From positions 1-57,448 of IMG/VR virus record IMGVR_UViG_3300045440_000056: a DNA stretch of 57,448 nucleotides; one strand, given 5' to 3'. Positions 44,401 to 51,727 of this stretch are shown in pieces. Made by a program: the position numbers and the translations under genes. Below the pieces are notes generated by a model. That model had not been told where the DNA came from. It was given only the letters and a program-made list of their open reading frames with translations, and did no database searches. This DNA is from a virus. Lineage: Duplodnaviria > Caudoviricetes. The first letter of the stretch is position 1. The number at the start of each line of letters is the position of its first letter.

Positions 44401-45205
44401 TAGTAACTTAGACGACTTTAGTAAACTAGGTGTATTCCAAAGAAATAACTGGAGTAACGATGATGTAGTTCCTAATAAAAGAGCAAACTGGATTCAATCT
44501 AAAAAGTCAGGAGACTGGTTTTATAATCCATCCATGGCATTCTTAAGTGCTCCTGTAAAAGAAGCAGTTGCTAATGATACAATTCCACCAGTGATGACAC
44601 AATCTATAGGTAGTAGAGAAGGAAGTTCTGATTTTGTTGTTTATACATGGGAGAAAAGAGAAGACTTATTGACTGAGCAAGAGATGCAAGATTATAAAGA
44701 TGAAGTTGCTAGAGCTGGATATGAAGGAAAAATTGCTCCAAGATTGTCAGATGTAATCAATGCTAAGAAAACAGAGATGCGTAAAGCAGGAGATTACTCT
44801 TTTATTAACAAAGGATTGTTTCAAAAGGTGTATGATGATTATGGAACACCATTAATTATACCACAACAGAGCGGTGATTATTATATATACAAAGCTATAA
44901 ATGCATGGGGTGATTCATTCAGAGCTAATGAGTTCTATGAAACAGATCACAATTCTGTATTTGATAATGGATTCATGCAAGTGAAAGATGTAGACAACAA
45001 TGTAATCATCAATAAGTTCTTAGAGAAAGCAGTTAAGAAGACTGCTCCAAAAGAAGGACTTGTTAAACCTGCACAAGTTGAAAGTATTTACACTATAAGA
45101 TTAAAAAGTGGTGTATATAATAAATCTGATGTCAATTCAGAAATGCTAGAAAAAATGGGATACAGTCCAGAAGCAATAGGTAAAATTTTAAAATCAACAT
45201 GTTAA
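32450..45205 (+). CDS. Giant virion-packaged DNA-dependent RNA polymerase polyprotein (crAss-like two-barrel vRNAP) with zincin-like domain
   Basis: Catalytic GSDFDIDK (DFDID at 42389-42403) with RIPTQ just upstream, plus ETDGSG, PLKP, DKYAL and FKSARKVG. Zincin-like YHEVFE...EQLAEEF at ~38282-38460. The N-terminal region is Gly/Ala-rich and hydrophobic, followed by a long coiled coil. Confidence 0.88.
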   Translation: MLQPDKENYINRKAVSVGLPSTPIVPNVGFSKGGRNNSEPGQNISALDMWDQALAAPKKLGVADIPVSSFYTGTRYKATLPGTDYEEMAANGQTRADRWANGSLKMLGTAATSFISGTVGLVAGIGSAVRDQRLASLIDNPVTREMDNVMKYMEDYAPNYYSRQERDAKWWSPDNILTANFWSDKVLKNLGYSVGAIGGGVAWGTLFKSIGLTNKLVQAGRGMEAATAIEESMSAVPNMQKLNAFENALSSLSQKYIKSPVSSVLKDSDRILTSTMGTFGEASMEGLQGMNKYRQDAIDEYRSIHGVDPTGDILDKINKSADQVGMYIWGANSLLLTGTNYIQLPKILGSSRKVDKALINTIERDVETGLFKQAVPATRFGRLAQKVKGVGQVLFAPSEAFEEGMQSSIQTGVNNYFQRARQSKQDTSEFLGTLHGAMSNIFGEGIHDTLTTKEGIESILIGGISGGIQQGGIIGTYKNKEGQTRVGIGKSGVIAEQGLFGGGGERQANTDIAVAALNKSNIQKQLKDGIKYLGIGIGSQKLRQDAIANNDVLSEKDYEADFTLSYLMPRIKYGKIDSVKEELDLYKSQAMDPNGFRELVRGGIANENETSEQFITRITNLQNLSNDVETLYGKINDKYENEVNDKGQIKYTDDVIDKLVYSAAKIKDYDARIPGVSNALAGTGIDTQSFLDALFQKEGSSTENITAALATIDALDITNDEKEDLRKSLYDLAELSLRRKEMIDQYNDILDKPSNFKEPEEPDTVKEEEGVVSAETMEEEILGQEIVAEGVPFVKVKTKDGQRNLEIGTEYFVGKGVDYEKEGLNSPVPISKLTIIGENPDGTIKIKADNGDIRDISKSILENYKLGKVSSLKANKTANFFYNHRNDLYQYNFGKNFGGVKQGRLELQDGKLYFVYLNQDGKVDKKQLFNSHFIAQEGYDTARITKVGNVKSETAEQKVSREEFTSPEEIEKQKQTLAKNREARLEILSQLDKETTDRLEEVNKKLLSKVDELTKIQEDLDAIAKLKEEGVKGQKIKGNFSKVLSTSVRTLNRYTAMKNNVDQEINKLKGEKEELEMNISYFQDFANNLDDLPENTGEFLKELRDQITWLTDLGKQTGETLSSLEKLSKQISDAIKDVARLLKDSLTKFDNVYSDYIIEALDNLISTENPLSILPTLKENLADYALSNDLAKDISINGDKLEEVTNQIKETKLKLDELRNEYKAKKIIVNRFQKIFDEYKKQKAEEDKLFTSEAVVNKALSTEDKGIQAREFNTAYEANAKKSNEILPRATVPVEENKAHQIRANKFGTKLNSFPNRNDIRGVYITSKNQNQLLPGVIERMLDNDPTLVTKYKDSAIVMVMVNSKGQLVGVDGQPIAKGTELLDSAIYQIFPENKMKDGSMFRENTSQNIKDAIISQYDAWRKSVLAETKVGKKHEIESSFGIIDNVKDADGNTVYSTRTSVIQSGLVTPAEIERSQLIFIPTTNNIISKGTVSYDSPLGMVFLETPNGYTKLQNRQHTQADASAIFDSMLQFAKNMVNPEEGTDSDNSKRILRFLQGVSYWGVPRDQQGNRKEKDGYSSIFFEKNVDTGRLTLMIGGRNTEILFTPSALRLNKETIVSQIEKIYTNTNSALAKDLNEKFEQIISISPEGEITSEVWDNYQSYLLSDTKPNGSKRNEYEIPLSTTARPLINADDVNKKAIYFFTTDTADSFAIPVPQKVAPKVLTPAGAPKAATPAATFEDEMEFTFGEEAPIYKLDGTTKDTYTSPQGKKIFFTAPATTTIDNYATSITVLQGGDLAEIVKTITDAGKDYKDVIKKTIYNAIAQDLTKLAATQEEEFEFTMPEEVIEEATKEVGKSLDQDVMDAINSDMNDDDEALRVNIESEIDRFQPENWNDVEKWLKANFPNLPVYRVKNIIQATNGRQAWGMLKNGSIYLYQNAEVGTVYHEVFEAVWKMFTDVAEQESVRKEFNSRKGTFVDRPTGKTIKYSEATPEQAKEQLAEEFRDYIMTGKIPAKPTDGRPFIVKLFADLATFIKEFFTGKNAVSNTEELFKKIGNGYYKNNMPHARQLSMAKSGIIDVEDAFADSESEFRLTKITDKEGSDIIQNMTYLTLTNLTSTDKSLFTRDAISSSELYNNLKKQTLQTINKKNISANKLLKDEDYLKDNKEEKTKILNSVIAKNIEFMQNVSDEWPAIVERHKEYLKGYQIEFDENDNVAVNDVEKSKDEGFGNATTIDSFKKANPAIKLLLSTIPVVNPRDSTKLKLSSIGGAILIPTSQTYISLMSNLHKSSSIEDMLENLRVMAENDPNYRTLYKRITKRSYDEEGVELSKIETTHGLQLISALWKTFKKQNPDVKNVFILENGDVVVGDASLSNAANQLRNEYINTIVTYAKANKGFFTYVEKRKVFIGNESKIRGIVLDSVTAQSNFLKELGIPFSTSEILKLKGEQLKTFNEAVSGIRKSISETKEIATFSGKVLNISNRLLELGLVKATISNPEFNSTYFNVSGERTQSFIGTNAASDLYNFLSTLEKKSDIAGTKYSYLLTDSFAQGSNLMERMFGSDGVRKQKTDELFKIGYVSGTINESNGKQKPSSKLTFPERLTQELNLNLSGWYLNLIPGDASIEWMINMGNPISTTSISRGMTDVNNVFKGYFKSELALSREKNRPVAANRNAKELRFFKSILGEELHNEIIASKEDVDAVYTLFENKINAALLQYINSEASKYQAYLKRFGILQEGLMGTSLKNVNLPKNMSKPELTRQLYTLTVNFMINNIEMHKLLYADPYQYDDELKRIKSFNSPRQSIISDSPKMNTAFSNVWNKGFKKGDIGYTTFTQDYFKTATHEDITGIIDLPGYEDYKETDGSGIIGMKSYRQFRIRAGEWNENEEKQFRYDVAWEKRDKSLKLSPEEEALLAQVNPQVKSAYTPLKPIVSGSKLDAKGQPKNINDIVLDKYALYPLSYRVMKEINAESNAVKLYDKMQNEKIDYIVFKSARKVGAEAQHSTYDKQTGEFNNSPYKGIINVPFSIMSVQSEVPSKDTAIVTRGSQVTKLLTLDYLAAGVPIDFFPGEDFDKRYKAWNNPKFTDEQKFEKSPIFKEVKNNQTLLNKIMEEGFNNLIDTLGIKLVNGEFKIDSLDKAVKTLRDEVLKREVNDNISDALTGFLNGKSVLEATPAGQQIKNILYSIADKEVISPKISGGMKVQIPSSLLESVRAKEEEINGKTGFTSTVLDFYKNEDGKRVCEIMVGRWFKSDMSDADLLKYLNTTDEGQSILSGLAFRIPTQKQNSIDSFVIKQFLPKEFGDSVVVPAALVAKVGSDFDIDKLSIYFKNTYQDKVGNTKLVPFLGYGKEAKDKFSQLFDKGEFITKEQLAEIEKFMSKDESSLTRELTDKLMFSIFGDQYDAEKSALEDQKDLTAERQQFLEDYLRDTTMDKFKSKFINKLYKQSLENAYIQSSQNLVSHPANFDKLIAPNSADQLKKLGNFIAEKTVGKSFDYKDVGNMLDRRFMTRLRHAFVTGKYAIGIAAVNQTNHSLNQRQATYVDDTKLKMLSKEDKFWIGDAKIKFNSKSFNQMTIEGKGLVPSLSMIKNAEGQDISDILGQFIDGYVDISAGPWIMELGATPNVASTFMFLVKIGVPIDTVSYFMNQPIIYDYLNNIENAGYSWLFIDDFVENIKDSDKYKLTDADDKVGNIDEIPSKAILKENVGKQTFNAAEKADQHFMLDEFLKYAKMAEQMFLVTQGSNYDTATLNHPLLIWKKDQQLAKAQNTIISSVDELLSNSHIGSIRTKAGEIRKVLSQFLPSDQSKVASVIQKVLTPYINMGDRDFVKTAQKVQNDLFDWAIQTNGQFNKDLRAALIDDGGYAKDILDFVNSVKEDIKHPLYDNHVINIIESDPSKKASENTPNNIKVKGIDNKVYDQNNIIYAFREIREYLNSQNELTGENNQLYNNLVTLAVLQSGLSNSPISFTSVLPYEDFEKIYNKTLSKLETISNLDDFSKLGVFQRNNWSNDDVVPNKRANWIQSKKSGDWFYNPSMAFLSAPVKEAVANDTIPPVMTQSIGSREGSSDFVVYTWEKREDLLTEQEMQDYKDEVARAGYEGKIAPRLSDVINAKKTEMRKAGDYSFINKGLFQKVYDDYGTPLIIPQQSGDYYIYKAINAWGDSFRANEFYETDHNSVFDNGFMQVKDVDNNVIINKFLEKAVKKTAPKEGLVKPAQVESIYTIRLKSGVYNKSDVNSEMLEKMGYSPEAIGKILKSTC

Positions 45206-45208
45206 GTT

Positions 45209-48200
45209 ATGGCAAATTGTCCAAATAAGAATTTAGAAGAATGGAAATTATTAGTAGCATCTAGAGGAGAAGATGTTGCATATTACCTATGGGATAAATA
45301 TAGTGGTCGTGTTCCTGAATCAGAAAGTAAATTAGAGATTGTAAAGAGTGGATTAAAAGCTACAAACATTTTACAAACTCCTAAAGCTGATCAGTTCTTT
45401 GGTGCTGTAGCTAAAAACAAAATCACTGGTGACTTCTTCTGGAAGAAAATGCAAGCTGATCTTGGTATTCCTAAAGATCAATTAGAAATTCTTAAGTCAT
45501 TCAATACACAAGATAGAGGAGAACTTATTTCTTCTCTTCTTGCTAATTATAGTTTTGCTATTGAGATTAACACTTCTAAATTAGATGCTCCACGATTTGC
45601 ACAAATGGATGATGATGGTTATTATACAGATGGAGATTTTGTAGAAGGTAAAGAAGGGGAAAATACAAAATATTACTCTAACCTAACAGTTCCAGGAGGA
45701 ACTAACTATACAGAGAATGAAATAGCTACACCAGCTATTACACCAAGTATAAAAGGACATGCTCAGTTTGCTACAGATCAAGGTATAGGTTGGTTTAGAA
45801 GTGATGACGCACAAACTAAAGATTCTTTTGGAGAAATTATGGAAGGTAACTTTGTTGAATATGGAGAAATACCTGGAGAAACTTTACCTATTCCAAAAAC
45901 AGCTATCTTAAAACCAGCTATTAAAACTCGTAGAATACTAGAAGTACAATCTGATTTATTTCAGAAGGGTAGGGATAAAGAAGATTTAGTAAACGTAGAT
46001 TTACATAATGCTCTTATATATAAAGCACAAGGAGGATTTGAAGCAGGGCAAAAATTTAAAGTTAAAGACTCTTGGTTTCAAGTAATAGAAAAAAAAGAAA
46101 CAAATGTTAAATATAAATATAAATATTTAATCAAAAATCTTAATAATGATAAAGAGGCTATAGTATCATATGATACTATATATAATAATATTAAGAATTT
46201 TTATTCTAATGCTAAAACTAAAAATGATTTTCTTCAACTATTAAACCAAGGATCTAACTGGGTAACATTCTTTGTTAAATCTATTATACAAGATAGTTCT
46301 AAAAAAGGATATGAGAAAGTGTTATTCCCTTCTGGTAATACAGCTAGTAAAGTAGAAGGACATACAACATTAGAAGAGTTTAAGAAAGAAAAAGAAGATA
46401 GACTTCAAAAAATAAATAATGATTTAGATTTATTAACTAATGAATACGGTTTACCAGAAGGACAGAAATATTTTTATTCAGATGCAGAATATATTGTTTT
46501 TAAAGAAGGTAAGTTAGTTGAGCATAAATTTAATCCTTCTAATTATCAATATATTGATGTTGAAATAAATAAAGATAGACTTGAAGCTATTAAAAACTTT
46601 GGTGGAAATAAAAGTTTAGATAGAAATGCTATAAATAAATTAACTATACCAGGAGCATTAAAAGCTGAAAAGAAACAATTAGAACAAGAAATTGAAAGAG
46701 TTGAGACTGAAGGATTTGGAGCTCTTAAACCTATATATAACTTCTATGAGAACACTGTAAAGAATGTTCTTAACAAACAATATGGTAAAGAGAATGTAAA
46801 ACAAGTTACTGATGAGTATGGTAATACATGGAATGAAGTAGAGATTGTTCCTGAGAGAGAGCAACAACCTATATTCTTACAAAAGAAAGGTGCTCTTGAG
46901 TCATCTAAATCTTCTCCTGAAACAATAGCAAAGGTAAAAGAACTTGCTAAAGCTATGGGAATAGAGATACAAGATCTTGTTACATACATGAAGCAAACAG
47001 GAATAGATAATCCTAATGTAAATGGTGCAGCAGATCTTATAAGAGGAATTATTGCTATTGCTGAAGGTAAAGAAGATGTTGCTCTTACAGAAGAGATGGT
47101 GCACATTGCTACAGCTCTTATAAATCTAAAGAATCCACAGATGATCACAGAGATGATCTCTAAGATAGATAGATTTGAAATATACAAAAGAACACTTAAC
47201 GATTATAAAAATGATCCTGCTTACCAACTTCCTAATGGTAAACCAGACATCAGAAAGATCAAAAAGGAAGCTGTAGATAAACTTATAGCTGAATTGATTA
47301 TCAATGAATCTGAGGGCTCTACAGAGTTCCCTGAGTTGATGAATGAAACCAATAGATCTATTATCAGAAGATTTTGGGAATCTATTCTTGATTTCTTTAG
47401 AGGGCAATATGGTAAATCTAATATTAAACTATTTGGAGAAACTGCTAGGCTTATATTAAATAATGGTGTAGAAGGTAATGTACTTGATTTAGATTCAAAA
47501 GAAATCTATTATCAACTTACAGATGCTCAAAAGAATGTTCAACAAAAGATTCAAGAGACTAAAGACAATCTTAAGAAAGTTGAATCTGATGACATGGTGG
47601 TTGATCCATTATTACTTGATGAGGAAACAGCAAACAACTGGTATGAAGTATTACAACCTGATGGTACTTGGAAGAAGGTTACTAAAAGGGTTACTGATAG
47701 AGTGAAGGCTTGGTACAAACAAAGATTTGGAAACAAAACTTTTACACCAGAAGAAATAAAATTCAATGAACTAAAAAGAGATCTTGGTATAAAAGGTCAT
47801 GGATATTTTGAAGAAGTACATGGTAGATATTTTAATTCTGATGGTACAAGAAAAGAAGTGATTGATCCTCGTCCTGCAATATATAATCCATCTGATAAAG
47901 ATGTATATATGAAGATAGAGAAGTATTACACAGATCTTGTAGCTAGTTTCTCTAAAGAAGGAAAAAATCCATTAGTGTTCTCTGAGGTGATGTTATATGA
48001 TCCTAAAGAGAAAGAAGCTGGAACCATTGACCTTTTAATTATAGAAGAAGATGGTAAGGCTAACATCTTTGACTGGAAATTCATGAGTGTAGCTGCTGGT
48101 GCAAAAGATGTTGCTTGGTACAAACAAGGAGCATACAATGTACAACTTGGTAGATATAAAGAAATGTTACGTAGTGCATATGGTGTAAAAGAAATAGGAA

Positions 48201-51200
48201 TGAATAGAGCTATTCCAATCATCATGGATCTTAAACAAGAGAATCCTAAGATTGAGAACTCTCCTATGGTCCTTAAAGGTATTGCTATTGGTTCTGTAAA
48301 CACTGCAGATATTGAGGATGTAAGACTTATCCCTGTATCAGAAGAAGCTGAATCTACTGGATTTGAATCACTTGACACATTGCTTAAGAAACTTAATGCT
48401 GTTTACAAACAAATCAGTAAATCAAATGTTACTAATGAGGAAGAACGTGAGTTTAAAAGAGAACGTATGAACATTCTTAAAACAGCTATACGTACAGCAC
48501 AAGGTTCATTAAACATTGCTCCTCTTGTAGATGTAATTAAAATCATGAGAAAGGAAGGTCAACAGATTCTTGATGATTATAAAACTATATATGAAGGAAG
48601 ACCTGCTACATCACAAGATTTTGATAATAGTCAGTTATCAGACTTTGCTGAAGATATGAGAGAGTACATAGCTACATCTGATGTATTTGGTAGAATAGAT
48701 GATCTTATTGGAGATCTTATCTACACTGCTGACATGGAAAAGAATGCTACCACAGAAGAAGAGAAAGCAGAAGTGGCTATGAGAAAAGATCTTCTTTTCA
48801 ATATTACACAAGAAGCTAAATTAATTAGAGCTTCTGAAAAAGATATAGTGAAAGCTTCTGAAGCATTTGCTGATAAGTTTATTGGACAAAGAAACTTAGT
48901 TGTAGGACTTACAAAAGCTGAGGCTGTAGTTAAAGGATTATCTTCTACATTCAGAGGTATATCAGATTTACCAACTGCATCATTACAAATCTTATATAAA
49001 CTTGTAACTAATGCAAAAGGACTAGCATCACAAAAAGCTCTTGGAGAAGTGAATGAGCTTATGGCAATAAGAAAAAAACTTGCTGATAGAGGTGGTGATC
49101 TTAGAAAACTTGTACAAGAGATATATCAAAAAGATGATAAGGGTAAGATAGCTAATAAACTAATTTACAAGTTTGATAGAAAGTTCTATGATCAAGTAGA
49201 TAAAAATTCTATTGAAGGAGATAAACAATTCATATTAGATAACATTGATGTTGATGCATATAAAGCAGAAGCTTTAAAAATCATGAACGAAAGAATATCT
49301 AAGATTAAAAGAATGTATGATGAAGATGAAGATCTTAGAGAAAAACTTATTTATGAAGAACAAAGAAAGTGGGACATAGATAGAGAAGACTTTAATGGGT
49401 TTGATAACTATGTTATAAAAAGACATCCTCTTGAAAAATGGCAATCTGAAGAATACAAAAAATTAAAAAAGGATCCTGAGTTATTAAGTCTTTATGAATT
49501 TATTACAAAAATGAATTCTAAAGCAAAAGATGCAGGGTATATAAGTAATAAAGTGTCTTCTACATTCTTACCATTTGTAAGAAAAGGTATGGCAGAAAGT
49601 TTTGCTTGGGACTTTAGTCTCTCTGCTGTTAAAAACTTTGGAACTAATCTATCTATTAATGCTGATGATGTTGGATATGGATCTGTGAATGAACTTACAG
49701 GAGAACTAGAGAATAGTATTCCTAAATATTATACATATGATTTTACAAGAGGAGAAGATGGGGTGAATGATTACAGTGATGTTAGTGAAGACATATTCAA
49801 AAATATGATCTTATATATTAATCATGTAGAGAAGTATACATATTTAACAGATGTAGAAGGACAACTTCAATTAGTTAAAACAATTGAGACATTCAAAGAT
49901 CATTTGAACACTAGTAGAACAGGTGATGTTATAATTAAAGATGGTAGCCCTGAAGAACTTAAAGGTAATGATGAAAACACTAAGATATTTAATGACTTCT
50001 TACGTGCTCTTCTTTATGAACAAAAGTATCCTCTATCTGATTCTGACATTCCATTAGGCATTGGTAAAGTGACAAACTTTATGAAGGGAGCAATTAATAA
50101 AGTGGCTGGAAGAGAAGTGTTCACTATAGATGATGATCCTAGTCCTACATCATTAGTAAAGACTATTGATGCTGCTAATAGAGCATTCCAATTAAAAACT
50201 CTTGGATTTGAATTCATATCAGGAGCTGTCAATTTATTTGGTGCTAACATACAGATAGCAACACAGGCTGGTAATTATTTTAAAGCTAGAGAATTTGCTG
50301 CTAATGAAGGAAAACTTATAGGGAATAAATTTAAAAATGATGATGAAAGAAAAATGTTCATCCAATTGATTGATAAATTTATGCCACTTAAAGATGATCC
50401 TACATATGATAAGTTAAGAGAGTCAGGGATGAGTGTTTTGACAAGACAGAACTTCTCTGATATGCTTATGGTATTTATGAGACAACCTGAGCAACATGTA
50501 GAGAAATCTATATTCTTAACTCTTCTTCAAAACATGATGGTAGAAGATGGTAAAATAGTTAGCATTAGAGAGTTTGTAAAAAATAAATATAAAGGTAGAT
50601 TTGATAATGCAGCTGTGTATGCAGAAACTAAAACACAAATCGATGCTGAAATAGAAGAACTTAAAAAGACAAGATCTATAGATGCTATTAAAGAACTTAA
50701 AGATGGTGAACTTGTTATTCCTGGTCTTGATCTTAATAACACTGTAGAGCTACAACGTCTTACAAACTTAACTAGACGTATATCTAGAAATGCTACAGGT
50801 GGTCTTTCTGATTCTGATATGAATAGAATGGGAATGAATATCTGGACTAAGAGCATGATGGTGTTTAAGAACTGGATTCCTAAACTTGTTGATACACGTT
50901 TCTCTGAATTAAGAAGAGTGTCTGATGACTTCTCTGTAACAATTGATGAAGATGGTATATCTGAAGGAGATAAATATGATATTGGTAGAGTTAGACTTTG
51001 GACTTATGTAATGGGAACTTCTATTAGAGATAAAAGTTCTAATATCTACAACATCTTATCTATGAATGATAAAGGTATTGTTGCATTAGATAAAATGTAT
51101 GAAGATTTTGCAGAGAAGTATGAAAAAAGAACAGGTAAAACTTTTAACATGACTAAAGAAGACTTCATTGATATGATTAAAAATAATCTACGTAATGAAG

Positions 51201-51640
51201 CAAAAGAACTTGCTATACTATTATCATTATTTGGAATGATGTTCTCTTTAGGATTTATAGCACCAGATGATGATGATGATAAAGCTACTAAAAATCTTCA
51301 TAGATATACACAAAGAGTTATTGATAAATTTATAGGTGAGCTTTCATTCTTCTACAATCCTGTAGAGTTTCAAAGAATATTAAGTGGTGGAATGTTTCCT
51401 GCTATTGGAATCTTCTCAGATATTGAAAGATTTACAAGTCATACAGTAATGGAATTTACTGGATACGATATATCAAATCCAGATCTTACTACTGAACAGG
51501 TTAGAAAAAAAGCTCAACCAATTAAAAATCTTGCTAAAATGTTTCCTTTTACAAAATCATTAATGACCTACGGAGCAATATTTGATGCTGATTTTGCTAA
51601 AGAATTTGATATAACAATTCAAAAAGAAACTAGAAGATAA
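45209..51640 (+). CDS. Large polyvalent cargo protein with PD-(D/E)xK nuclease-like domain
   Basis: AGTIDLL...IFDWK...QLGRY at ~48017-48160. Degenerate zincin LTEEMVH. N-terminal GGTNYTE...GWFR...ILEVQSD domain and helical C-terminal region. Confidence 0.7.
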   Translation: MANCPNKNLEEWKLLVASRGEDVAYYLWDKYSGRVPESESKLEIVKSGLKATNILQTPKADQFFGAVAKNKITGDFFWKKMQADLGIPKDQLEILKSFNTQDRGELISSLLANYSFAIEINTSKLDAPRFAQMDDDGYYTDGDFVEGKEGENTKYYSNLTVPGGTNYTENEIATPAITPSIKGHAQFATDQGIGWFRSDDAQTKDSFGEIMEGNFVEYGEIPGETLPIPKTAILKPAIKTRRILEVQSDLFQKGRDKEDLVNVDLHNALIYKAQGGFEAGQKFKVKDSWFQVIEKKETNVKYKYKYLIKNLNNDKEAIVSYDTIYNNIKNFYSNAKTKNDFLQLLNQGSNWVTFFVKSIIQDSSKKGYEKVLFPSGNTASKVEGHTTLEEFKKEKEDRLQKINNDLDLLTNEYGLPEGQKYFYSDAEYIVFKEGKLVEHKFNPSNYQYIDVEINKDRLEAIKNFGGNKSLDRNAINKLTIPGALKAEKKQLEQEIERVETEGFGALKPIYNFYENTVKNVLNKQYGKENVKQVTDEYGNTWNEVEIVPEREQQPIFLQKKGALESSKSSPETIAKVKELAKAMGIEIQDLVTYMKQTGIDNPNVNGAADLIRGIIAIAEGKEDVALTEEMVHIATALINLKNPQMITEMISKIDRFEIYKRTLNDYKNDPAYQLPNGKPDIRKIKKEAVDKLIAELIINESEGSTEFPELMNETNRSIIRRFWESILDFFRGQYGKSNIKLFGETARLILNNGVEGNVLDLDSKEIYYQLTDAQKNVQQKIQETKDNLKKVESDDMVVDPLLLDEETANNWYEVLQPDGTWKKVTKRVTDRVKAWYKQRFGNKTFTPEEIKFNELKRDLGIKGHGYFEEVHGRYFNSDGTRKEVIDPRPAIYNPSDKDVYMKIEKYYTDLVASFSKEGKNPLVFSEVMLYDPKEKEAGTIDLLIIEEDGKANIFDWKFMSVAAGAKDVAWYKQGAYNVQLGRYKEMLRSAYGVKEIGMNRAIPIIMDLKQENPKIENSPMVLKGIAIGSVNTADIEDVRLIPVSEEAESTGFESLDTLLKKLNAVYKQISKSNVTNEEEREFKRERMNILKTAIRTAQGSLNIAPLVDVIKIMRKEGQQILDDYKTIYEGRPATSQDFDNSQLSDFAEDMREYIATSDVFGRIDDLIGDLIYTADMEKNATTEEEKAEVAMRKDLLFNITQEAKLIRASEKDIVKASEAFADKFIGQRNLVVGLTKAEAVVKGLSSTFRGISDLPTASLQILYKLVTNAKGLASQKALGEVNELMAIRKKLADRGGDLRKLVQEIYQKDDKGKIANKLIYKFDRKFYDQVDKNSIEGDKQFILDNIDVDAYKAEALKIMNERISKIKRMYDEDEDLREKLIYEEQRKWDIDREDFNGFDNYVIKRHPLEKWQSEEYKKLKKDPELLSLYEFITKMNSKAKDAGYISNKVSSTFLPFVRKGMAESFAWDFSLSAVKNFGTNLSINADDVGYGSVNELTGELENSIPKYYTYDFTRGEDGVNDYSDVSEDIFKNMILYINHVEKYTYLTDVEGQLQLVKTIETFKDHLNTSRTGDVIIKDGSPEELKGNDENTKIFNDFLRALLYEQKYPLSDSDIPLGIGKVTNFMKGAINKVAGREVFTIDDDPSPTSLVKTIDAANRAFQLKTLGFEFISGAVNLFGANIQIATQAGNYFKAREFAANEGKLIGNKFKNDDERKMFIQLIDKFMPLKDDPTYDKLRESGMSVLTRQNFSDMLMVFMRQPEQHVEKSIFLTLLQNMMVEDGKIVSIREFVKNKYKGRFDNAAVYAETKTQIDAEIEELKKTRSIDAIKELKDGELVIPGLDLNNTVELQRLTNLTRRISRNATGGLSDSDMNRMGMNIWTKSMMVFKNWIPKLVDTRFSELRRVSDDFSVTIDEDGISEGDKYDIGRVRLWTYVMGTSIRDKSSNIYNILSMNDKGIVALDKMYEDFAEKYEKRTGKTFNMTKEDFIDMIKNNLRNEAKELAILLSLFGMMFSLGFIAPDDDDDKATKNLHRYTQRVIDKFIGELSFFYNPVEFQRILSGGMFPAIGIFSDIERFTSHTVMEFTGYDISNPDLTTEQVRKKAQPIKNLAKMFPFTKSLMTYGAIFDADFAKEFDITIQKETRR

Positions 51641-51646
51641 TCGAAC

Positions 51647-51708
51647 GCTATATTATACCATCTATTTTCTATAACACTTTGACGCTAAGTTTATAAACAT
51701 TATTTTTA
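51647..51708 (+). promoter_or_regulatory. Class A promoter: GCTATATTAT box, -33 TTTG and variant -7 TATTTTTA
   Basis: Box at 51647-51656, TTTG at 51678-51681, 19-nt spacer, TATTTTTA at 51701-51708 (44-nt gap from the box). Confidence 0.55.
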
Positions 51709-51727
51709 CACATTATACAACATACCC

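Noticed and set aside
7909-50856. Numerous short minus-strand ORFs in the six-frame track
   Set aside because: They lie antisense within long plus-strand genes and show no recognisable motifs.
32450-51640. Inteins or self-splicing introns in the giant genes
   Set aside because: The ORFs are uninterrupted, and I saw no intein termini or LAGLIDADG/HNH motifs by eye.
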